Shown here: in pieces, positions 22,439 to 36,289 of the stretch
Numbering within the stretch: position 1 is the first letter of the stretch
Layout of the letters: the number at the start of each line of letters is the position of its first letter
Source of the DNA: Isurus oxyrinchus
Lineage: Eukaryota
DNA: 64,000 nucleotides
NCBI GenBank assembly: GCA_026770705.1
Contig: JANJGN010000007.1
Location: forward strand, 96,472,001 to 96,536,000
Direction of reading: 5' to 3'
The notes under the pieces: model-generated
Told to the model about the DNA's origin: nothing
The model's input: only the letters and a program-made list of their open reading frames with translations
Databases searched by the model: none
Translations under genes and position numbers: made by a program

Positions 22439-22503
22439 ACACCACCGGACAGAAAATTGATCGAAGAGACCCCGACATTGGAAATGCTGCGAAGATGGTT
22501 TAG
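22439..22503 (+). pseudogene. Exon 5: probable former cytoplasmic-tail exon DTTGQKIDRRDPDIGNAAKMV*, now 3' UTR because of the upstream TAG
   Basis: Acceptor tttcctatttctcag|AC, phase compatible with the 21085 donor, hydrophilic 21 aa then TAG. ATTAAA at 22594. Confidence 0.55.
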
Positions 22504-23084
22504 GAACACATCAATGCCTGGATACCGAAAGCTCCTGGCATATTGAGTGCAACCTCTACCACCCTGTATCCTGCAATGATAATACATTTGTTGATTAAAC
22601 GTGGCAGCGAATCTCTAACAATTAGTTGACAACAGACCAAATATGAAGCGAGAAAAACTGCCCTTGAAGGAAAGCGTTTGAAAATACTTTTGCAATGTTT
22701 TGCCGAGTTGAGTTCAGTTTTGGGACGGAACAAGCGGTGGCCAAAAAAATAATTATATTTGTTAAAAGGTCAGAATTGATTAAATCTGCATAACAAAAAG
22801 TTCTAAGTGATGATCAAAGAATAATCTAGATTAAAAAATAACAGTTTTAAATGACACTCATAATCCCATCATACAGCAGTGCAACAGAGTCTTGGTGGCC
22901 CAAAGTGATGGCCTGTAAAAGTAATCCAGAAATGTGAGGTTTGTCAAAGATACAAATTGTATTGGTCTGAAGTTCGTTCTACGGATGCATTAAATTTTGG
23001 GATGCCGACTGAACTGTGGGGGTTGAATTGTTCTGTTTAGACCAAAACAGCAAAACGTTAATGAAAAAAAATCAGTGAAATTGA

Positions 23085-25885
23085 GGGCACAATCGTTCCA
23101 GAAATCAGCAAAGTCCGAAATGGGACGGGGAAAGACACGTTGGACCCGCCAGCGGCAATGGCTGATTTTTTCGCCGGATCGCTGGCCTCTGATTTTCCCG
23201 CCCCACCGTCACCTCAGGCCGTCAGTAATCCGGGAGCCATATTTATAGGCTGCCCCTACAACTACTTAGAACCCTTCAAGGGATAGGAAGCTGCTGCAAA
23301 GTCATGGCTGCCAAAGGGAGGAAACATGCTGCCCCCAGATTTAGTGCCTCAGGTGACAGTTGAATGCAGTGGAGGCCCAGGTGATGTCCTCTAGACCAGC
23401 TCCAGACAAAGACCAGCAAGCAAGGTCACCATTCCAGCATGGGAGACAGTGGCTGTGGTGGTCAGCGCCCACACTCTGCAAAAGAGGACAGCCACCCAGT
23501 GCTGTAAGAGGATGAATGATCTCCTCTGTTCTGTCAGGGTAAGTCACTCTTCTCATCACTTTAAACTAGCACACTCACAAACCCATCACATATCCACAGG
23601 GATCTCACTCACTGTCAGTTCATGGGACATCATCATTCACTCTCTCACACAAACCTTCATCTGCCCGGCAGATCATGTCCTCATACCCTCCATGGTACCA
23701 CTCACCACCCACACATGTCAGGCACCCTTCTCATCTGGCCTGGCAGGCATCTTGCTTACACTCTCTCCATCTGTCTTCATGCAGGACAAGCTGGCACACA
23801 ACAACAGGGAGAGGTCAGAGACCAGTGCAGATTTTAAAAACAGAGTTATCCAGCTGGCCAGTGATAACTGGGACTGGCCATGTGCTGGCGGTGAGGTCAA
23901 CAGTGCTCTGACAAGTGAGGATCCAGCAGTGCAACATCCATCAGACAAAAATGTTGTGATTGATATTTCCTGTTCCACTGTCCCCTGCCATGCACTAATT
24001 ATCCCCCCTTGCTTTCCCAGGCACATCTGGGAAGCAGCTGAGGGGGGTCCCTAAGCCAGGTCCTCGACTCAAGCCTGGAGAAACCTTGGAAGAGAAATCT
24101 GATGACACCCTTAATTGAAAATCCAGCACGTCCTCTGTGGGCAGCCCTTGTCCCCATGGAGCCAAACCTGCATCCTGTGTGGTCCCCGGAAGATGTCAGG
24201 GATTTGAGGCCTGTTAAGGATGAATAAGGCATGGACATCTTGCACACACCTCCATGATCCATTTGTTATGGTCACAAACCAGCTGAAAAGTGAAGGAGTT
24301 TGCAGTTTGAACTGCCTTTGCAGTTCACACACTGGACTAGTTGTTGCCAGGGAGATTTAAGAGTCATGTGGGTGCAGTCGAAGGCACACTGCACCTGTGG
24401 GAATTGGGAAATCTCAGTAAATCCCAGTGCTCTTGCTTTCTGGCTTACCTGATCTCTGTCAAAGTTGACAAAGGTGTGTGCCTTGGTAAAAAGGGCACCC
24501 ATGACCTCAAATGCCCCTCATGGACCCCTGGAAGGAGCCACTGCCATGGCAATTGAGTGTAGTGGTAAATTTAACTGCCACTGGCAGTTATGAGATCCAG
24601 TGGTGCCAAATCCTGCAGAAAGTGACATATGTGCATGGCCAGTTTCCCTGCGTGCAGAGGAAGCCATGCCACCATTTGGTCTTCAGGGATTTGCTTCTAC
24701 CTTTGGCGAACCAGTTGTCTCTGTCACATTCTTCTCCTTTTTCTCCCCTGTCTATAAGCAATCAGGCAGACAGTGAGATCACCAGAATCCACGTTCCTGA
24801 TGGAGTTCCTCAATGCAGTATCAAAGAGAGAGATGCAAGGGTCAGCAATTGTCTCCTGAGGACCACTCTTAGTCATCACCTACAGCTGCCTCTCAAGGCT
24901 TTTTAACACATGCTGGAGAGTCCAAGCCACCACATGGATGCCCAGTGTTTACTGCACATGATGGCCCACCATGCCCCCACCCAGCACCACCCCACACCAC
25001 ATGACCAAGTGGCAGCAGCTTCGGCCACTCGACTGCATCCTGAACTCTCATCTCAGATACAGGCATTTTCCTAACCTGGACTCCAATGCTTCGCGCTTTG
25101 TTTGTACATAAGGGTGACTTTTCAATGTCAACTTAAACACAATGCAAGGGGCTAGGAACTCACTCCGCTACCAGTGCTCGATGACCACCTTTCCCACAAA
25201 TGCTTGACTAGGCTGGCTCCAAGCATGTCAATTGAGTTCAAGCTAAATGCTCTCAGCTGCAGTGGAATGTTAATCTTTAACATGTTTTGCCATTAGCCCG
25301 GCCATTTCCTTCCCCCACCCTCCCCACAGACTCACGTTTGTGCCTCAAAATTCGGTTGGTGCTGCCATGACCCACCCCCAAACCCCAGCACTGTTGCCTT
25401 GCCTCGAGGCTGCCTTCTCCCCCTTCTCCCCTCTGCACTGTTGCCCTTGACCCAGCACCGCAAGCCAGCCAGGGAGAAGCCGCTGCGGAGACGTACCTGT
25501 GCCCCGCCGGAATCTGTGGATCTGCTGGGATCATGTGGGGCACTGCGTAAAGTTATGTGCACTCACGTCCGAGTTCCCCTCAAAGATGAGGTTACCATGT
25601 TCACGCCTTTTAAAGGCAGTTGTAAATCACGCTGTCGTGAAATCACACCAATATGGGGTTTAAGGTTGATGTGGGGAGATGATTCCAGCATGTGGCCCAA
25701 TAATTAGATGCAAATTTATTACAATTAAGTTCAATAGCAGGAATTGCAGCCCACCATTGATGGGGGAGGGGACAATCGCGCCTTGGATTTACATTGTCGG
25801 GAAATGCGACTAGATCCTTCTCACAAGACTCTCCAATCTCACCACCGAACACTCCCGCCACGAATGGGGAAGGAAAACCCTGGCC
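23085..25885. mobile_element. PIF/Harbinger DNA transposon, decayed: Myb/SANT-like gene (+) converging on HARBI1-like transposase (-)
   Basis: + strand MAAKGRKHAAPRF and AWETVAVVVSAHTLQKRTATQCCKRMNDL (23305-23530). Minus strand ARALGFTEISQFPQVQCAFDCTH...VNCKG (24272-24502). Terminal gggcacaat...cc and ggaaaaccctggcc. Confidence 0.75.
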
Positions 25886-26339
25886 TAAGAATAGGGAAAC
25901 CATAAATAATCTGAATGGAATGAAACCTTCCACTTGATGACAGATATAATTTACCTGGGAAAGCCTCTGGAATTATACAAGCAAACTGTAATCTCTTTGT
26001 GCCCATTATTATGCATTGCATGGTGATGTAATCCAATTACTTCTGTTGTTAGGTATGCTCCATTATAAAGGAACTGCTCTGGAAACAAAACAAATCTTAA
26101 AACTGAGAACTTGTTTTTAATTGCACCTCTCCAATGTTTTATCTGTACAATATCTACAACAGCAATTCATGAGAACTGTTTTCACTCTGATGTGGGATCT
26201 TATTATGATGACAATCAACAGTTGTAAAACTTCAGGGGTTACAAAATTCTGGAATGAATTATACCGGTTCATAAAGGAGTACATAAGAATAAAACCGTCC
26301 AGACACCCAACATCAACCTGGGTATCAGATTCAGAAATG

Positions 26340-29300
26340 GCAAAGGAATACCTGGCCAGTCGACCCTGCAAAGTTCTCTACATGAAAGCTTGTGTAATTG
26401 TGTCAATATATGACAGCTATCCTACAAACCTGGCAGCAAAAACCTGACATAGTCATACTCAGCATCATCAACCTCATCTCAGGCTTCTCCATCACTTTCC
26501 CCATGCATGTCTTATCCCTTGTAGAACAGGCGTACCACAATGGCCAGCAAGTTGGTATAGTCAGAATGCAATGGCTGGGAAGTCTTCAGCTTTGACTTCA
26601 GACTCCATGAAGTCTGATGGCTCAGGTCAAACCAGGACAAGGAGAATCCTGTTAATTATCATGACCCGCTTTCACGCAGTTGATAAATCAGCACTCCTCC
26701 ATGTTGAACATCAGTTGGAAGAACCACTGAGCATGCAATATAATCTGAATGGGGTGTTTCAATATTCATCACTGTGCTGTCCAAGTCCTTGTGGGCAAAT
26801 TTAACAGACTGGGCTTGTGGTAGGTGGTGAGGGAGCCAACAGAAGGGAAAGCCTACTTGACCTCAATCTCAACAATACACCTGTCGCAATTGCATAAAAT
26901 CCCATCTTCACACTGAAGCCATTGTTCATTGTGCTGTGGGACATGGCCACTGTGCTAAAAAAAATAAATTCAGAATATGTCCATCAGCTCAAAGCTGGGC
27001 ATGCAGGAGATGCTATAGGTAATCAGCAGCAGCAAAACTGTATTCCAACAAAATTGGCAAACAGACCTCTCTCATTACCATCAAGACAGGGGACTTTAAT
27101 GAAGAACGTAAGTGAGCATGATAGAAGCAGCACCAAGTGCAAATCACCACCACCTTCTCAATGGCAGCTGGGGATGGGAAATAAATGCTGATCCAGCCAG
27201 CAAAGCCCACACTCCATGAGTGAATAAATATATATATATATATATATATAAATGAAGTGTCAACCTGCTGAAGATAAAACAAAGGACTATGTACGTGCTG
27301 AATAGCAGAAACAGTATGTTCTGTGCAAATCCAATCGATCTCACAGCCAATATGTCACATCAAAGCTCTGCATATCTGTCACATCCACTCTTCATGCAAA
27401 CAATTATACTAACGGAAGGAGGACACACCATGAACAACCCTTTTTCCAATAATGGTGGAGCCCAGCAAGTGATGTCAGTAATGCTGAGTGGATGATTCAT
27501 CTCAACTTCCTTTTGAAGCTCCCATTATCATAAATGCGTCTTCCACCAACATGATTACCTCCAGGTAATATCAAGGATGGCTGAGCGTACTTAATGCATT
27601 AAAGGTTATGAGTCACAGCAACATGCAATAATGTGCTTTTATTTTGTACATGGTTGTGTCCCTAATGCCACAACACTGGCATCCACCCAACAGAATGGAA
27701 AATTGCCCAGGTATCTTGGCACAAAAAGCAGGGCAAATCAATTCCAATGAAGCATCACCCCATCTGTTTATTCTCAATCATCAGCAAAATAATGCAAGTT
27801 AGCATCAATAATGCCATCATCAGGTGGCACTTACCAATATCCTAATAACCAAAGCTCAGTTTGGGTTGTGCCAGGGCTGCTTGATTCCAGGCTTTAATAC
27901 AGCCTTGGTCCAAATATAGGCAAACAAGGAAAATTACAGAGTCCTTGAAGCCAGTCAAAAATTGGACTGAGTGTGACACCAAGGAGCCCTAGTAAAATAG
28001 AAATCAGTGTGGAATAATGGGAAAATCCTTCGCTCTCTGGAATCATACTTAGCACAAAATAAGATGCTTATGTTGCCGGAACCATCTTCATTTGCTTCAT
28101 AAATGACCTTCCTCCAACATAAGTACTGGGATGAATGTCTATGGTGGAGCAACCTCGAAGTGCTGAATGACCTATTCCTGCTCCTAATTTGTATGTCCTA
28201 ATTTGTATGACTGCAGGTGATTGCACAGTGTTCAGTTCCATTCAGAATTCCTCTATAAATGAAGCAGTCTGAGTCTTTATGCATCAAGACATGCATAACA
28301 TCCATGCATGGGCTGATAAGTAGCAAGTAACATTCACACCAAGTCCAAGTTAACAACAGTCTCCAACAGCAGACAGCCTCAGCACCTGGCCTTGACCTTC
28401 AGTGACATTACCATCATTGATTCTCCCATCATCAACATTCTTGGGAATCACTGTTGACCAGAAGCTGAACTAGACCAGCCATATCAATACTGTGGGTTAT
28501 AAGACCAAACCAGAAGCTGGCAATTTTGTGGTCAGTAATTCATCTCCTGATTACCAAAAGACTTTCCCTCACTTCCAAGGCAGAAGTGTGATAGGATACT
28601 AGGTTGGATGAATGCAACTCCAAAAATACACAATAAGCTCAACATCATCCAACACAAAACAGTCTGCTTAGTAAATGCCCTTCCCACCTCCACAGACATT
28701 CACTCCCACCACCACTGGCCCAAGGTGGTTGTATCCTGTACCATCTACAAATGCATTACAGCAACTCACCAAAACTTATCTGACAACTTTAAACCTCCAA
28801 CATCTACCATGTAGGAAGACAAGGGCAGCAGATGTATAGCAACAACTGTAATTCCTACTCTCAATTACACACCATTTTGATGTGGTAATATAATCACAGT
28901 TCTTCCATTGTCACTAAAATCTTGAAATTCCTTATCAAACAATACTGTGGATGTACCTTCATTGCACAGCTGGCTTTCAGCAATGCTGGTCTTGCCAGTG
29001 ACACCCACATCCCATGAATGAAACATAGAAACATAGAAAATAGGAGCAGGTGTAGGCCATTTGGCCCTTCGAGCCTGCCCCACAATTCCATATGATCATG
29101 GCTGATTCTCTATCCCAATGCCATACTCCCACTCTCTCCCCATACCCCGTGATGCCTTTAGAGTCTAGAAATCCATCTATTTTCTCCTTATATATATTCA
29201 GTGACGTGGACAAATCAGAATGTCAATCACTGCCATAGATCCCTGTCAATAGCTTGCCAATTGACATTCAATGGCATTACCATTGCTGAATCCCCCGCAG

Positions 29301-29965
29301 TCAATATACTAGGGGTTACCATCAACCAGAAACTGAACTGGACTAGCAATGTAAATACTGTGGCTACAAGGTTAGGTTAGAGGCTAGGAATTCTGCAGTG
29401 AGTAACTCTCCTCCTAGCTCCCCAAAGCCTGTCCACAAGGCACACGTCATGAGTGTGCTGGAAAATGCTCTACTTGCCTGGATGAGTGCAGCTCCAACAA
29501 CACTCAGGAAGCTTGAAACCTTCCAGGACAATGCATCTCGTTTGATTGGCACCCCTTCCACAAACATCCACTCCCTCCACCGCCGACGCACAGTGGCAGG
29601 AGTGTGTACCATCTACAAGATGTACTGCAGGAACTCACCAAGGATCCTGAGGAGGCAGCTTCCAAACCCTCAAACACTACCACCTAGAAGGAGAAGAACA
29701 TCAGATACATGAGAACACCACCGCCTGCATGTTCGCCTCCAAGTCACTTGCCATCCTGACTTGGGAATATGTTGCCATTCCTTCACTATCACTGGGTCAA
29801 TATCCTGGAACTCCCTGTCCAACAGCACTGTGAGTGTACCTACACCACATGGACTGCAGCGGTTCAGGAACGCGCTCACCACCACCTTCTAAAGGGCAAT
29901 GAGGGATGGGCAATAAATGTTGGTCTAGCTAGTGACATCTGCATCCCATAAAATGAATTTTAAAA
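26340..29965 (+). mobile_element. Cluster of LINE-B fragments with several 3' tails, a (TA)n at about 27228-27250 and a CR1 tail at about 29022-29205
   Basis: AWMSAAPTTLRKLETFQDNASRLIGTPSTNIHSLHRRRTVAGVCTIYKMYC (29398-29712); tail gggatgggcaataaatg...cacatccca. Confidence 0.8.
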
Positions 29966-30229
29966 ATATGTAACAACTGTAACATAATGAAACTTCCCAA
30001 GGTGCTTCACAGGTACATTATCAAACTAAATCACTTCAGTGCATGACTCCAATGCTATCGTGTTCCTGACCGCAACATAAGCAAATACTGAGTCAGTTAA
30101 TGGTGTGGCACAAATTCCTTTGCATCTTCCAATGTCTTTAACATTCTTCATAAGATTTGCAAATCTAAAATATTGCACATTTGGAATGCTATGCACAGTC
30201 CATATTATTATACTATTATAGAGGGATTG

Positions 30230-31075
30230 GAGAAGCTGCAAGAATGATTCACAAGGATGTTACCTGAACCAAGAAGATATACCTATCAGGAGATGCTGCC
30301 CAGACTGGGGTTCTATCTCAAGAAAAGGTGAACTGATAGAGGTCTTTAAGATATGGATAGGGTTTGCTAAAGCAGATATAGAGAAACTGTTTCCATTTGT
30401 GAGAGTTCCCAAAACTAGAGGTCATTTATACGATAGTCACTAATAAATCCAATATGAAACCAGGAGAAATTTCATTATCCAGGAAGTGGTTAGAATGTGA
30501 AATGTGCTTCTTACAAGGTCAGTAGTTGAGAGAAATAGCATAGATGGATTTAAGGCAAGCACGTGTGGGACAAAGAAACAGAAGTGTATGTTAACAAAGC
30601 GTACAGTATCCTAGGCTTTATTAATAGGGGCATAGAGTACAACAGCAAGGAGGTTATATTGAGCTTGTATAAGACACTAGTTAGACATCAGCTGGAGTAT
30701 TGTGTTCAGTTCTGGGCATCATACTTTAGGAAAGATGTGATGCATTAGAGAGAGTGCAGAAGAGGTTTACAAGAATGATTCCAGGGATTAGAAACTTGTG
30801 AAGATAGATTGGAGAAGTTGGGACTCTTTTCCTTAGAGAAAAGAAAGCCGAGAGGAGATTTGATAGAGGTATTCAAGATCATGAGGGGTCTGGACAGAGT
30901 AGGTAGGGAGAAACTGTTCCCATTGGCAGAAGGATCAGGAACTAGAAGGCACAGATTTATAAGGAGGGCACAGATTTAAGGTAATTGGTAAAAGAAGCAG
31001 AAGCAACATGAGTAAAATCTTATTCACTCAGCAATTGGTTGAAATGTGCTGTGTGAGACTGTGGTGTAGGTGTGG
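30230..31075 (+). mobile_element. CR1 LINE 3' fragments
   Basis: KAYSILGFINRGIEYNSKEVILSLYKTLVRHQLEYCVQFW. Confidence 0.8.
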
Positions 31076-32566
31076 TGGCCTAAAGACAACTATAGGGAGC
31101 CCACTCAGTATTGAAAGAGTTAATGGAGCAATTGAATTAAACGCTTGAGCCTAAGAGAAAAACACTGCAACCTTGAAGAACAATAGCATCTTGTCTGACC
31201 ACTATAGCAGGATGGGCCTTGACACATTCTATGTGTCTCTCTCTTGGGCCGAATGTAATTGAAGTTGTGATAGTCAAATTATAAACAACTGAACTTGTGG
31301 TGTAGGAATGGAATTTTACTGGACGATGGATTGGTCAGTAAATTTATGCAAATATGTGGATTGAGATGTACAAAATTTACTGATAGGTTGTAAATGCTTT
31401 TAAGCAAGTCTTTGTGTATTCTGCTTTGAGACAGTACAATAACTCTCGCTGTATTGTTGTCCCTTGTGCACAAGTAATAAATGGGGTTTCTACAACAAAA
31501 TGATGCCTCAGTGTGATGAATCTCCGACATAGGCAGGTTCAATCGAGGCATTCAAGTGGGAATTAGATGATTATCTGAAAAGAAACAATCTGCAGGGTTA
31601 TGGGTAGAAGGCATAAGAACCACGCTTGGTGAACTGCTCATTCAGGGAGATAGTGCAGACACCATGGGCTGATGGCCTCCTTCTGCGCTGTAACAATTCA
31701 GTGATTCTGTGGCAGGTTGATGATGGGATAGTGTGGCAGGTGGGGGAGTGAGGGAGTATGGTGGCAGGAAAGTTGGTGAGGGGCTAGGGTGGTCTGGGGG
31801 TCAGGGGGTAGTTGGGGATTCCATTGGGGGTTAGTCGAGTTGGGGTGTTAGTCGGGTGGTCAGTGACGGGTAGTCCAGCGAAGAATTGTGGGTAGAGGAG
31901 GCCAAATGGTATAATTACCCAGAAGTTGGAACTGGTTTTGATCCACCTAGCCTCCCCTGAATTGGAGCCCTCCAAAGCCTCTGACTCTAACCTATAGGCT
32001 CGGAGAGTTCCCAGGAAATTCGCGCATAGTCAGTGTGATTTGACTTCCGAGGGGTCCCCTCGTTCATCCTGGAGATTGGAAGTTCTGGGCCAATGTCTAA
32101 TGCTGTTAAGTTGCTATTCTTTCTTTTGCTGCTGGTGTGCAGCGGACTTCAATAGAAAAGGAGAGTGGAGAATGGACAACCAATCCTATATCGCCTGATT
32201 TACACTGTTGTGAAAAGCTGACATTACCCCACTGAGTGTGAAATTACTCTTCCCGGTATCAAAAACCCAACAGCAACAAATTGGCAGCCCGCTTTAGATT
32301 CTGTATGATATTCTTTTCCAATGCTGTCAATGAAGTTGATTGTAACTTGCTGTGCCCCACATAGAGGGAACAATAATTCCCTCAAACACTGGTTGCTGAT
32401 GTTAACCCCTCTGTTAATGCCATTTTGAAGAACTATTGCTGGGGGCCCAACATGTCTGCCTGGTTCAGATGTAGGTTCCTTTCAATTTGCAAATCAGTAT
32501 TTGAGGTTCAGGAGTGCCATTGTGTTGAACATAGACCGATCGTGAAACCAATGAAAAGGGAAACCA

Positions 32567-33244
32567 GGGGCTGAATTTTTCACTCAGTACCAAGCGTGTG
32601 CCCGCCCACTTGAGCATGAAATAACGTGTGATGATGTCGGGTGAGCGTGCCGACATCATTGTGCACTCGACCGATCTTTCGACTGGTGAGCATGCACGAG
32701 AGTTGGAAGCACGCCCACCAACAATTAAGAGGCCTATTAAGGCCATTAAAGTTGTAATTAACAAAGGCTTTTCGTTGCTTATCCAACATTATAGTTGGCT
32801 GGGAGGTGAATCGACCAGGTGGCCTTTGCATTTTTCAGGAAATCTCATTCACAGACGGGATGAGGTTTCCATTATTAAATTAAAAAATTAAAAATTATGG
32901 ACAGAATTTCCATAAGTTCAGGTGACTGATTCTGATGCATGGGAATTTTTTCCAGATTTTAAAATCTGTTTTTATTGCATTTAAATTCTTCAACTCCCTG
33001 AGGCAGCTTTCTGTCTTCAGGGAGCTTTCTTTCTGCCTTCCCGCATACCCACGCTGACTTCAGTGCTCACCCTCCTCTTGCCCCCACCCTGGCAGCGCTG
33101 AGCCTTTCAGTGTATGTTTTAGGCTGGCTGGCTGTTAATTGGCTAGCCAGCGTGAAATCACGGGGGGGTGTCAGTTGGGGGTCTGTTCCCCGCTGCTCCT
33201 GGGCCCGCCAATCGCACCTGCCCACCGAAAAAAATTCCTGCCCC
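32567..33244. mobile_element. Non-autonomous Harbinger-type MITE
   Basis: Terminal inverted repeats GGGGCTGAATTTTT and AAAAATTCCTGCCCC; no coding capacity. Confidence 0.65.
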
Positions 33245-33639
33245 TGGGGAATGTAAACCAACTATTGCTCAGCTTGAGCTACTTCTCAGATCGAATTTAA
33301 GGCAGGCAGCTGATCACAATGCCAAGTGTTTACTAATACTTTTGTGCTGTTAAAGCCAACTTGTGCTGTGAGTAAATAATGCAAATCGCAAATAATTATT
33401 TACTAATTTCTATGCTGGAAAATATCTTCAAAAATTTTTGAGGAATTACTGAAAACTCGACAGTTGCTAACTTCCATCTAAAATGTAAAAAGAGGCTATA
33501 TCTATAAAGAGGGAAAAATCAAAATACTGCAGATACTGGAAATCTGAAATTAAAAGGGAAAATGCTGGAAATACTCAGCAGGTTTCGCACCATCTGTGGA
33601 GGGAGCAACAGAATTAACTTTTCTGATAAATGTCCTTTT

Positions 33640-35165
33640 GGCTGAACTCAAATGGTAGTCTTTTTAAGCTGTTGAAGAAAATTGGCTGCCCACCTAATCT
33701 GCTCTGTGTGATCTCCTCCTTCCACAACAACATAATGGATAAGGTCAGTTATGATGAGACAATACTGGAACCTTTCGAGAACTGCATTGGGCTCAAACAG
33801 GGTGGGTTCTCACATTGCCATTCTTCGGCAAATTATCTGTTTGTCATACACCTTCATCTCGTCATCAAAAAGGGTGCCTTACTTATATACCAGAACTGAC
33901 AGAAAGCTGTTCAGCCTTGCCTGCCTGAGATCGAAGATAAAAGTGCATCAAGTCCTCATCAGAAAGGTGCTCAATACCGATGATGCCGACAATTCTAGTT
34001 CGTCCCATTCCTGAAAGGATTTTTTCCCTGAAACCATCTAATTTTCTACTGAAATCATTCACCTTCTCTGCTTCCTGCACCCTCATAAGCAGCAGTTTTC
34101 CAGGAATATTACCACTCGCCTCCTAAAAACATTCTTCCTCACAGCTCCCACTATATCTCTTGTCCGAAACTTTAAATTGCTGTCCCCTTAGTTCTTATTC
34201 ATCTCCCATTTCCCAGTCTGCATTTGACTTTCTCCCTCAGCTTCCTGAGTTAAACAAAGAACCTTCATCATTTAAGTTCTACCTGACTATAAGCATCAAG
34301 AAAACCGGGGTCATGGGAAAGAGTATCACATTGCTGCCCCTGGTTACACCTCATAATACCTCACAGGAAGTGGTGAACACATTCTGCAACCTTGGGTCCA
34401 TCTGACCTTCTGACTTTTGATGCAGAACTTCATACACACATAGGGAAAGCAGTTAATACCTTTGGCTGACAGAAAATATGCATGGGATAACATCAAGCTG
34501 ACTGTCAGAACCAACATGTTAGTTTATGAGGCCTGTGTTCTCAGCGCCTTGTTGTATGACTGTGAAATACAGACAAATTACAACTATTGAGAAAGGAAAC
34601 TCAACAACTTTCACTTTCACTATTTTTGGCACATTCTGGACACCTCAAGGAAGGACAAAATCATGAATCTGTCAATCCTCTCAAAGCCAAAGCTCCAAAG
34701 TATGTTAGCACTCATTGAACAGAGGTCACTTCGCTCGCTCAGGCACATTCATAGGATGGAAGATGATTGCCTACTTAAGGATTTTTTGTATTACAATGTA
34801 GCCGGAGTTGGATGACCAATAGGATGCCCAAAGATCCACTTCAATGAAGACATCAATGCCCTAAACATTGATTCTCACACCTGGGAGATACCAGCTGACG
34901 ATAGAGGAAAATGTCTACATCACTTCTGGACCAGCGTGCACCACGATGATCACCAGGGCACAGCGGCTTGGCAACCGGCACCAACACCAGAATCAACAAT
35001 CCATAGTATCACCTCACCACCTCTCCATGTGCAGCACTTGTGGCAGAACCTGCCTCTCAAAGGTTGGTCTTTTCAGCCTGTGCATTATATGAAGCCACTC
35101 CACCACCAATTGATTTGATTTTCTGCACATTCCTCATCGTATGCTGATGGAAGAGTGTCACCAAC
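33640..35165 (+). mobile_element. RTE (BovB-like) LINE fragment
   Basis: LFKLLKKIGCPPNLL...GLKQG, YTRTDRKLFSLACLRSK and the C-terminal CSTCGRTCLSKVGL zinc knuckle typical of RTE. Confidence 0.75.
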
Positions 35166-35174
35166 ATCCTTGCA

Positions 35175-36175
35175 TCATCAGCTAATGGGAACAACTCTTC
35201 TTTGTCTGCCTGATATAAACCAATCATAATCTTGTATACCTCTATCAGATCCCCCTTTGCCCCAAGGAGAACAACCGCACATTCTCCAGCTTAACACTGT
35301 AGAGGGAACTTAGCCCTCATTCTTGGAACCATTCTAGTAAATCCCTTCTGTCTTCCTAATTACCTGCAGTACTTCCATGCTAACCTTTTGTGATTCATGT
35401 GCAAAGAGCACCCAGATCCCTCTGGTCTGCAGCATGATGCAGTCTCTCTCCATTTAAATAATATCCTGCTTTTCTATTCTTACTGCCAAAGTGGGCATTA
35501 CACTCCATCTGCTAAATATTTGCCCAATCACTGAACCTATCTATAGCTCTTTGCAGACTCTTTGTATCCTCCTCACAATTTGCTTTCTTACCTATCTTTG
35601 TATCATCTGCAAATTTGGCTACAATATAGTTGGTCCCTTTATCCAAGAAATGAATATAGATCATAAATAGTTGAGGCCCCAGCACCAATCTCAAAGTACT
35701 TCAACACAGTTTGCCAACCTGTAAATGACCTGTTTATCCTGACTCTGTTTCCTGTTAATTTGTCAATCGTATCCATGCCAATATATCACCCCCCAACACC
35801 ATGACGCATCTTGTGCAGTAACTTTTTATGTGGCACCTTATTTGATGCCTTTTGGAAATCCAAATATGCTACATGTACTAGGTCCCCAATACCCACCCTG
35901 TTTGTCATATCCTCAAAGATCTCTAATAAATTCATCAAACATGATTTCCATTGCACAAAACTATATTGACTGTCTGATTCTATTATGATCTTTTAAGTGT
36001 CCTGCTACTACCCCACTTATCCACCTTTCAGAATCAAGGGAATTTTGGAAGATTCCAACCAATGCATTCACTATCTCTGCTGCCACTTCCCCTAAGACTC
36101 GAGGATATATTGCTATCAGGTCCAGGGGGCTCATTAATGTTTAGTTCCATTAGTTTTCCCAGTACTTTTTCTCTC
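35175..36175 (-). mobile_element. CR1 LINE fragments
   Basis: VLGPQLFMIYI...VAKFADDTKIG...LQRAIDRFSDWA. Confidence 0.8.
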
Positions 36176-36289
36176 ATACTTTTCTCACCACTCTCTGAGT
36201 AACACCATTTATCTGAATTCTCTGTTTGATTTATTATTCATTGTCTTATAATATCTTTGGTCCATGCCACTGAGTCTGACCTCAAGTCA

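Noticed and set aside
31347-31354. Octamer ATGCAAAT (also about 25708 and 33379) as an Ig-type promoter
   Set aside because: No leader or V exon downstream; located in repeat-like or AT-rich sequence.
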